The notes beneath the pieces are model-generated. The model did no database searches and was not told the origin of the DNA. It worked only from the letters and a program-made list of their open reading frames with translations. A stretch of 52,962 nt of DNA. It comes from a virus (Duplodnaviria > Caudoviricetes). This document shows, one piece after another, positions 27,672 through 37,400 of the stretch. The stretch is from positions 1 through 52,962 of IMG/VR virus record IMGVR_UViG_3300009154_000076, one strand, 5' to 3'. Every line of letters starts with the position of its first letter. Position 1 is the stretch's first letter. The translations under genes were made by a program, and so were the position numbers.

Positions 27672-27992
27672 ACGTGGTTTTGTAACTTTTGCAGGCTGAA
27701 CTTCAGCTGCTTTGGGCTTACGACCACGAGTAGTTGCTGGCTTTTTAACTTCAGTTGCTGCAGCTTTGGGTTTGCGTCCACGGGTCGTTGCTGGCTTTTT
27801 AACTTCAGCCGCCTTGACTGCGGTTGCTTCTCCCTTGATTGTACGTGGTTTGCGTGGTTTTTTAGCTGGTTTTTCAACAACGGTTTCGAATTTTGCTGCT
27901 TTTTTGTAAGAAAAAAGCGTGTTGATACAAACTACCAATCCAGCCAACACTACTGCGACACCACCGATATAATATTCCATGTATTGTTCCAT
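27657..27992 (-). CDS. Lys/Ala/Pro-rich histone-like protein with N-terminal TM segment
   Basis: Hydrophobic N-terminus; repeated EVKKPATTRGRKPKAA; AAGGA RBS; TATAAATA at 28023-30 on the minus strand. Confidence 0.65.
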   Translation of the reverse strand: MEQYMEYYIGGVAVVLAGLVVCINTLFSYKKAAKFETVVEKPAKKPRKPRTIKGEATAVKAAEVKKPATTRGRKPKAAATEVKKPATTRGRKPKAAEVQPAKVTKPRSKKV

Positions 27993-28149
27993 AATTTCAA
28001 TTCCTTTAAAAAAGTGTAATTATATTTATACTTTATTCAAGACCATGGCAAAATTCCGTACAAACATTTACTTCTAACTTAGGTGAAATAAATAATAATG
28101 TGCAAATCAGAACTACAGGTTTCCACATTATACAAGTTAGGGGTAATCA

Positions 28150-28368
28150 ATGTCTGACCTAGAGAATTTTGTAGAAGAACTGGAAGAATCAGAAGATGAT
28201 ATTATTGGTCAAGACGATTTTATAATTGTAGTGGGACCTGATGGGGAACTAAAAAACATTATGTTTCCTGATACGTTGGACGGACCGCCACCAGAAGAAA
28301 TACAGTTAATTCTGCATATGTACGGAATTGACGACATTGATGAGCTGGGCGGCCAGACCATCCACTAA
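28150..28368 (+). CDS. Hypothetical acidic protein
   Basis: AGGG RBS; TAAATA at 28089. Confidence 0.55.
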   Translation: MSDLENFVEELEESEDDIIGQDDFIIVVGPDGELKNIMFPDTLDGPPPEEIQLILHMYGIDDIDELGGQTIH

Positions 28369-28382
28369 TTGGCAGAATTAGG

Positions 28383-28443
28383 TAAATACTAGTAGAAATT
28401 CCGGCACATACTGAATGGTCAGTTACCCGGAAAACATGCTAGT
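28383..28443 (+). promoter_or_regulatory. Late-type promoter with structured leader
   Basis: TAAATA at 28383; nested stems ACTAGTA/TGCTAGT, TTCCGG/CCGGAA and ACTGA/TCAGT. Confidence 0.45.
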
Positions 28444-28457
28444 TAACAACTATTTTT

Positions 28458-31400
28458 ATGCCATTAGACCAATTACAAATCCCAACCACATTTTCCACAT
28501 CAACTACTGTACCATTTAATTCAATCAGTAACGATGTGGTTTTGAATGTCGCTGGGATATACACTAGCGTAGACGTAGTCACCTCGCCGATCAATGGATT
28601 GGCGGCGGCTAATGGCATTAATATCTCCTATAGACCAAATATTGACTACGCTGGTCCAGACAGTTTTACCTATAGCGCCACTGGTCCAGATGGTACTTCA
28701 AATATTTCCACGGTCACTGTTACCGTGCTGCAGGCACCGCCAATAGCCAGAAGCTTTATTAAATCAGTTGGATATGATTCTTCGAATAATATAATAGCGC
28801 CAATTATCACCAATCCTTATTCTAGCGTATCCCTTATAAGTACAGCAAAAGTGGGAACGGTTGCCATGACTGGCACCAATTTCATATATAGTCCACTTGT
28901 GGGCTACTACGGTACTGATACTTTTAGTTACTCTGCCGTTAATGCTGGTGGCGTGTCAAACACTGGCACTATTACCGTCAGAGTCAGTGACCCATTAATA
29001 ATAATATCCCCATCAAATCAAGAATTGGGGTCAGCAAGTCTCAATGATCCATACGTTCCTGTAAATTTCTCTGCAACTGGTGGAGCTGGACCCTATAATT
29101 TTTCATTAACCGGCGGATCTCTGCCACACGGAATGACATTTACGTCCGGTGTATTGAGTGGAACACCAACTGTTGGCGGGACATATAATTTCGTCATCAC
29201 TGCTCGTGACCATAGTACTCTAATTCCAGCAACGACTTCGACTGAATATTCTTTAGAAGTCAAGGGAGTTAGATGGATTACCAGTCCAGGATTTTTATCT
29301 ACGCTAACAGAGTTGACAACTTCTTCTGTACATCTATCAGCAACAGGCACCAATATAACTTACAGTGTAATCAGCGGTCATCTGCCATCCGGATTAAGTT
29401 TAGATCCTGTTCACGGAATAATTTCTGGGAATCCAGATCCAGTAATCAATAAAACTAACAGCGAATTTGTCGTTAGAATTCAAGATTATCACAATCGACT
29501 CAGAGACAGAACTTTTTCAATTGATGTAGTTGGTGCGACACAACCTACGTGGGTTACTCCACCGGGATATCTTAATGTGGGCGTAAACGATGAATTTTAT
29601 GCCATCAACAATCAGTATATCAATTTTCAGCTGGCGGCTCACCCCACTGCCGCTCCATCTGACGCAACAATAAAATATTATATAGCAGATGGTGATGGAA
29701 AATTGCCTCCGGGAATCACATTAAACCAACAAGGTTTATTATCAGGTTACTTACACGATAAATTAGTTCCTGATTCCGCAATTTCATCTGGTGGCGGTTA
29801 TGACACCGAGTCATATGATGGCTACATATATGACCACGTTGTTGTTGCTGCAAATACTTCAACCTCTGTCATGGTTGGATACCCTAAGATTTATAATTTT
29901 AATGTAACCGCCACCGATGGCGTCGCTCAATCAATACAACCATTAACCATTGTAGTAACTAGCATGGATATCTTGCAGTATGCACCAAATCTCATGCCCG
30001 CTGACATCACATTGGCCACATATTCTACATATATTCAACCGCCACAGTGGGTATCTAGCACTGATTTGGGTATTATTCGTGCAGGACATGAACATGATAT
30101 TTCAGTGCAAGCATATGATCCAATTCCAGAATTTGGTGTGTTGCGGTATCAATTAGCATCCAAAACCACGGGTGCTATTGGTGATTATGGACAGCTACCT
30201 AGGGGACTGTCTCTGGACTCTGTCACAGGGCATATACATGGATTCATTCCATATCAGCCATTTTATTCAGAATACTATTCATTCGATATAAGTGCCTCTA
30301 AATTTGACCCCACCACTGGCCAAGCAGTATTGGTGATGAATACTTTCAATTTAACAGTCAAAGGGCAGACTGAAAATGACATGGTTTGGATCACAGACAG
30401 TAATCTGGGAAATATCAATGCAGGATATATCAGTGAATTATCAGTTGTTGCCAAACATGTTACCGCTGACGCCAGAATAACTTACAAATTAGAGTCTGGC
30501 GCATTACCCCATGGGCTAACATTACAACAAGACGGCAGCATCAGTGGGCGTGCTGATTATACTTCTTCAACTGGAACTTACTCGTTTACTGTTTTGGCAT
30601 CCGATATCTATGAACTAAACAGAATTTCAAAAACATTTAATATGTCTGTGTCATTTGTGGATAACTTACAATATGCTCAGATTTACGCAAGACCATTTTT
30701 ATCACAAAATTCCAGAGATTATTATAATAATTTTATCAATAATGGCTCTGTTTTCGATCCAAATTTAATTTATAGATACTTTGATACAAATTTTGGAATT
30801 CAACAAAATATAAAATTAACTCTAGAGTTTGGTATAGAGTTTACTAATATCGACCAGTATGCCCCTGCCTTGCGAGAAAACTTTTATCGTAGAAGATTAT
30901 ATTTTGGGGACATCAAAACAGCTATAGCACAAGACAGCACCGGAACCACTCTATATGAAGTAATTTATGTAGATATCGTAGATGATATGACCAATTCTTC
31001 AGGAAAATCTGTGAGTTCAGTGATATATACCAACGATGGGGCTAACATCTATTATCCAAGCAGTATTGACAACATGAGAAATCGGTTGGCAAGTGTTGTT
31101 TTGTCAGACAATACACTGATCAAAGTGGATAAATATCAAAATCCGCTATTCATGCGAACTCCACAACCCGGTGATTACCATGCTCCTGAATTTATGACTG
31201 TTATGATTTTATGTTACGCACTACCCGGGCAGGGAGCAAAAATTGTCAATAAAATAAAGCAATCTGGGTTTGATTTTAAACTACTTGACTTTACCATAGA
31301 TAGATTAATCGTACAGAATGGACAAGATGACTCCACTGCTAAATATCTAATAATAGAGAGATCTAGTTTGGGAGATTCAATACCAGAAGATAGTATTATC

Positions 31401-31463
31401 TACAGTGATAACGGTGGAATTTCGTTTGAACTATCGAATGGTGTCTCGTTGAGCCTTAAGTAA
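28458..31463 (+). CDS. Virion structural protein with multiple Ig-like (Big/He_PIG) domains
   Basis: Two 'Y.P...Y.G.D.F.Y' Ig repeats and several 'G.LP.GL.L...G.ISG.P' putative-Ig repeats. Confidence 0.75.
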   Translation: MPLDQLQIPTTFSTSTTVPFNSISNDVVLNVAGIYTSVDVVTSPINGLAAANGINISYRPNIDYAGPDSFTYSATGPDGTSNISTVTVTVLQAPPIARSFIKSVGYDSSNNIIAPIITNPYSSVSLISTAKVGTVAMTGTNFIYSPLVGYYGTDTFSYSAVNAGGVSNTGTITVRVSDPLIIISPSNQELGSASLNDPYVPVNFSATGGAGPYNFSLTGGSLPHGMTFTSGVLSGTPTVGGTYNFVITARDHSTLIPATTSTEYSLEVKGVRWITSPGFLSTLTELTTSSVHLSATGTNITYSVISGHLPSGLSLDPVHGIISGNPDPVINKTNSEFVVRIQDYHNRLRDRTFSIDVVGATQPTWVTPPGYLNVGVNDEFYAINNQYINFQLAAHPTAAPSDATIKYYIADGDGKLPPGITLNQQGLLSGYLHDKLVPDSAISSGGGYDTESYDGYIYDHVVVAANTSTSVMVGYPKIYNFNVTATDGVAQSIQPLTIVVTSMDILQYAPNLMPADITLATYSTYIQPPQWVSSTDLGIIRAGHEHDISVQAYDPIPEFGVLRYQLASKTTGAIGDYGQLPRGLSLDSVTGHIHGFIPYQPFYSEYYSFDISASKFDPTTGQAVLVMNTFNLTVKGQTENDMVWITDSNLGNINAGYISELSVVAKHVTADARITYKLESGALPHGLTLQQDGSISGRADYTSSTGTYSFTVLASDIYELNRISKTFNMSVSFVDNLQYAQIYARPFLSQNSRDYYNNFINNGSVFDPNLIYRYFDTNFGIQQNIKLTLEFGIEFTNIDQYAPALRENFYRRRLYFGDIKTAIAQDSTGTTLYEVIYVDIVDDMTNSSGKSVSSVIYTNDGANIYYPSSIDNMRNRLASVVLSDNTLIKVDKYQNPLFMRTPQPGDYHAPEFMTVMILCYALPGQGAKIVNKIKQSGFDFKLLDFTIDRLIVQNGQDDSTAKYLIIERSSLGDSIPEDSIIYSDNGGISFELSNGVSLSLK

Positions 31464-31477
31464 CCAGGATTTGATTA

Positions 31478-34400
31478 ATGACCACAATCAGTAACTTACC
31501 TTCTTTAAACAATCTGACTAGCGACACCGCTAGCAGTATTCTTATTCCTGCTGAGGATACGACCTCTAATCCGTCAGTTGCAAGAAAAATCACGGTTGCT
31601 CAAATAGCTAGTCTATCATCGGGATTTACTGGATCTGCCGGCGACCGTGGCGGTCTGGGTTTCTCTGGTTCCCGTGGCCCTGCCGGTTTCAATGGATCAA
31701 TAGGCGGACTTGGTTACACTGGTAGTGCAGGTAAAGATGGTGCATCGATTACAGTAAAAGGGCAAGTAGCGTCTTTTGTCAATTTGCCAGCAAGTGGCAA
31801 TAATTTTGGTGATGCCTATATCGCAGCAGATACTCTGTTTTTGTGGGTTTATACCAATTCTAGCGTTTCTGGAACATTTAACGGATTTATCAATGCGGGA
31901 CCCATCGCACAAGGAAGTCCAGGACGTCCCGGTATAGACGGACCTCAAGGTTATACCGGATCAGTAGGCCCCAAAGGCGATACTGGGTCATCAGGAGAAC
32001 AAGGATATACTGGATCAATTGGCGCACAGGGGCCACAAGGAGCATTGGGCTTTACAGGATCATCTGGTGCGGGATCATTGGGATTTACGGGTTCAATTGG
32101 TAAAATTGGATTTACTGGATCATTAGGTGGCACTGGATTTACTGGATCATTTGGATTTCAAGGATCACTAGGTTACACAGGATCAGTGGGTGATATTGGC
32201 TATACTGGATCCATCGGCGGCACTGGATTTACTGGATCAGGCGGTCTTGGATACACGGGTTCAGTTGGATTTGGATTCACTGGATCAATTGGCGGACTTG
32301 GTTACACAGGTTCAATTGGTCCATCTGGCCCAGCCGGCACCAGCGTGCGTGTTGTCGGAAGCGTGGCTGATAATGCTTCGTTATTGTCTTTTGCTGCAGG
32401 CGGACTAAATCTAGGCGACGGCGTTATACAAGAAGATACCGGACATCTACAAGTTTGGGATGGTAGTCAATTTGTTGATGTTGGCCAAATTAAAGGTGAT
32501 ATTGGATTTACCGGATCAATAGGTGGTACTGGTTATACTGGTTCCACCGGAGCAGCTGGAACTAGTATAAGCATTGTTGGTTCTGTTGCTGATTCACAGG
32601 GGTTGGCAGCATTTAACACAGCCATTTTGGTAGCTGGAAACGGAATTTTTCAGCAAGATACCGGGGATTTACATTTATGGAATGGAAGCTCGTTTGATAA
32701 TGTAGGACGAGTACGAGGCGATTTAGGATATTCCGGATCAATCGGAGGTCTCGGATATTCTGGATCGGTTGGATCGCTGGGCTATACCGGATCTATTGGT
32801 GCCAGTTTAACTATCGTTGGCAGTGTTGCAGATAGTGCATCGTTATTATTTCTTAATACCAACATATTTTCTGCTGGCAATGCAGTCATACAACAAGACA
32901 ATGGACATTTACAGGTTTGGAACGGCCGTAGTTTTACTGATGTTGGCCAAATTAAAGGAAATTTAGGTTATACCGGTTCACAAGGAGACCAAGGTATTAC
33001 CGGATTTACCGGATCGTTTGGTGATCAAGGATTTACGGGTTCAGCCGGATCAAATGGTACAAGTGTACACATTATAGGCACAGTAATAGACAACGTTGAT
33101 CTATTACTCATCAATACTAGTATACTATCAATTGGTGATAGTTTCATTCAGCAGGATACCGGACATTTACAAATATGGAACGGTAGTTCATTTAATAACG
33201 TTGGACAAATCAGAGGCGACATTGGTTATACTGGATCGTTTGGGGATCAAGGATATACTGGTTCACGCGGTGATACTGGATTTACCGGATCTTACGGCGA
33301 CTTAGGTTATACTGGCTCATTTGGACTTCGTGGTTTTGCCGGATCTCAAGGAGATCAGGGATTCGCTGGATCCCGTGGTGATTTGGGCTATACAGGTTCA
33401 TATGGGGATCAAGGATATACTGGATCAATTGGAAATCAGGGATACTTTGGATCTCGCGGTGATCAAGGTTACACTGGCTCTCAGGGAGATCAGGGATTTA
33501 CGGGATCAGTTGGCGCTCAAGGTTTTACTGGATCTCAAGGAGATCAAGGTTATACCGGATCGTTTGGTGACCAAGGTTATGCCGGATCATTCGGAGAACA
33601 AGGATATACCGGATCTTTGGGGGGTCAAGGATTTACCGGATCTCATGGAGATTTAGGTTATACCGGTTCATTTGGTAGTCAAGGTTTTACTGGATCGTTT
33701 GGTAATCAAGGTTACACTGGATCAGCTGGAACCAGTTTAAGTATTGTTGGTACTGTTCCAAACACTGTAAGTTTATCACTATTTGACACATCTGGCTTGT
33801 CAATAGGCAATGGACTTATTCAGCAAGATACTGGTCATCTACAAGTATGGAACGGCGTTTCATTTGATGATTTTGGTCAAATTAAAGGTGATAACGGATA
33901 TACCGGATCTGCTGGCCTTCAGGGATTTACTGGTTCAACCGGACCACGTGGACTAGCTGGTGTATTTGGTGAACAGGGATATACTGGTTCTTACGGTGAC
34001 CAAGGATATACCGGATCTTTGGGAGGTCAAGGATTTACTGGTTCTCAAGGAGACCAAGGTTATACTGGATCATTTGGTGATCGGGGATATACTGGATCTA
34101 TTGGTATCACTGGTTACGTTGGTTCTATAGGTCCTCAAGGTCCAGCTGGAGTTAACGGAACCAGTATACAGATAATTGGCAGGGTTCTCAACAGTGCAGG
34201 TTTGGCGTCTTACAATACGGTTGGGTTGCCAATCGGTGATGGATTGATTCAAGAAGATACTGGACACCTACATATATGGAATGGCACTTCATTTAATGAT
34301 GTTGGTCAAATAAGAGGCGACCGTGGCTACGATGGGTCAATTGGTATCCAAGGTTATACTGGATCGTTTGGAGATCAAGGTTATACAGGTTCATTTGGTA

Positions 34401-37400
34401 TTCAAGGATACACAGGATCCCAGGGGGTTCAAGGTTATACTGGATCCCAAGGAGATCAAGGTTATACCGGATCCCATGGAGACTTGGGTTATACCGGTTC
34501 ATATGGAGACCAAGGTTATACCGGTTCATTTGGTAGTCAGGGTTATACTGGATCCCATGGAGACTTGGGTTATACCGGTTCATATGGAGACCAAGGTTAT
34601 ACCGGTTCATTTGGTGATCAAGGATATACTGGATCGTATGGAGACCAAGGTTATACCGGTTCCCATGGGGACTTGGGATATACAGGTTCTTTTGGTAATC
34701 AAGGATTTACCGGTTCATTTGGTGATCAAGGATATACCGGCTCACAGGGAGACCAAGGTTATACCGGATCCTTTGGAGATCAAGGTTATACTGGTTCACA
34801 GGGAGACCAAGGTTATACTGGTTCCCACGGAAATGTAGGATATACTGGATCATTTGGTATTCAAGGATTTACTGGTTCATTGGGTGCTCAAGGATTTACT
34901 GGTTCATTGGGTGCTCAAGGTTATACGGGATCCTTTGGAGATCAAGGATACACTGGATCTCTGGGAGACCAAGGTTATGCTGGATCAGTTGGACCCCAAG
35001 GCCCAACTGGCAGAGATGGAACCAGTGTACGTATAATTGGCACTATTCCGGATAATGCTGGATTATTATCTTATAACACTGCTGGATTACTAATTGGCGA
35101 TGGTCTAATACAAGAAGATACTGGACACTTCCAAGTATGGAACGGAGGTTCATTTAATGACATTGGTCAAATAAAAGGGAATTTAGGATATACCGGATCT
35201 ATAGGAATTCAAGGATATTCAGGATCAATTGGTGCTCAAGGTTATACTGGATCATTTGGTGAACAAGGATATACCGGATCTATAGGAATCCAAGGATATT
35301 CAGGATCGATTGGTGAACAAGGTTATACTGGATCAGTTGGTGAACAAGGTTATACTGGATCAGTTGGTATCCAAGGATTTACTGGTTCATTGGGTGATCA
35401 GGGTTACACCGGATCTCACGGAGATTTGGGTTATACTGGTTCCCATGGAGATTTTGGTTACACTGGTTCATATGGAGATCAAGGATACACTGGTTCATAT
35501 GGAGATCAAGGATATACAGGATCGTTTGGTGAACAAGGATTTACTGGATCATTTGGAGATCAAGGATACACTGGATCATTTGGACTACAAGGATATACTG
35601 GTTCCCACGGCGATTTTGGTTATACTGGTTCATATGGAGATCAAGGTTATACTGGTTCATATGGAGATCAAGGTTATACTGGTTCCCATGGAGACTTGGG
35701 CTATACAGGATCATACGGTGACCAAGGTTATACCGGATCCCAAGGAGATCACGGTTATACCGGATCACATGGAGATTTTGGTTATACTGGTTCTCAAGGA
35801 GATCAAGGTTATACTGGTTCTCAAGGAATTCAAGGTTATACTGGATCAGTGGGATCTCAAGGCCCAGCTGGCGCAGATGGAACTAGTATACGTATAATTG
35901 GAACCGTCCAAGATGCAGTAGAATTATCATCATATATCACAACGAACTTATTAATTGGTGATAGTCTTATTCAAGAAGACACCGGTCATATGCAAGTATG
36001 GAATGGTGGATCTTTTAATAATATCGGTCAATTAAAAGGTGATCGCGGATATACCGGATCCATTGGAATTCAGGGATATGACGGTTCACTGGGAGACCAA
36101 GGTTATACTGGATCGTTTGGTGAACAAGGTTACACAGGATCTTTGGGGAACCAAGGTTATGCTGGTTCATTGGGTGCTCAAGGTTATACTGGTTCAGTTG
36201 GTGATCAAGGTTATACTGGTTCAGTTGGTGATCAAGGTTATACTGGTTCAGTTGGTGATCAAGGCTACACTGGGTCTCGTGGGGATTTTGGTTATACTGG
36301 CTCATATGGTGATCAAGGTTATACTGGTTCATTCGGTATCACAGGATATGATGGTTCACGGGGAGATCAAGGATTTACAGGTTCATATGGAGATCAAGGT
36401 TATACTGGATCCCATGGAGATTTTGGTTATACAGGATCATATGGAGATCAGGGTTATACAGGATCTCATGGTGATTTAGGATATACTGGATCATACGGGG
36501 ATCAAGGTTATACAGGATCATATGGAGATCAAGGGTACACAGGATCTCATGGTGATTTAGGATATACTGGATCATTTGGTATTCAAGGCTTTACCGGATC
36601 ACATGGAGATTTTGGTTATACTGGTTCCCATGGTGACTTGGGTTATACTGGTTCATATGGAGACCAAGGTTATACCGGTTCATTTGGTGATCAAGGTTAT
36701 ACTGGATCGGTGGGATCTCAAGGACCAGCGGGCGCAGATGGAACTAGCATACGCATAATTAGAACAGTCCAAGATGCAGTAGAATTATCATCTTATAATA
36801 CAGCAGGATTATTGATCGGGGATAGCCTGATTCAAGAAGACACCGGCCATCTACTAGTATGGAATGGTGGATCTTTTAACAATATCGGTCAATTAAAAGG
36901 TGATCGCGGATATACCGGATCTATTGGAATCCAAGGATATTCTGGATCGATTGGGGATCAGGGATACACTGGTTCATTTGGTGTTCAGGGATTTACCGGA
37001 TCTCAGGGTGACCATGGTTATACTGGATCATTGGGTATCCAAGGTTATACCGGATCATTTGGTGATCAGGGATATACTGGTTCAGTTGGTATTCAAGGAT
37101 ATGACGGATCTCTGGGAGATCAAGGTTATACCGGTTCGCATGGGGATTTTGGTTATACTGGTTCGTATGGAGATCAGGGTTATACCGGTTCATTTGGTAT
37201 TACTGGATATGACGGTTCACAAGGAGATCAAGGTTATACTGGATCATTTGGTGCTCAAGGTTATACTGGTTCCCACGGTGATTTTGGTTATACCGGATCA
37301 TTTGGTATTCAAGGTTATACCGGATCCCACGGTGATTTAGGATACACAGGTTCTCAGGGCGATCAAGGATATGATGGTTCTCAAGGAATCCAAGGATTTA

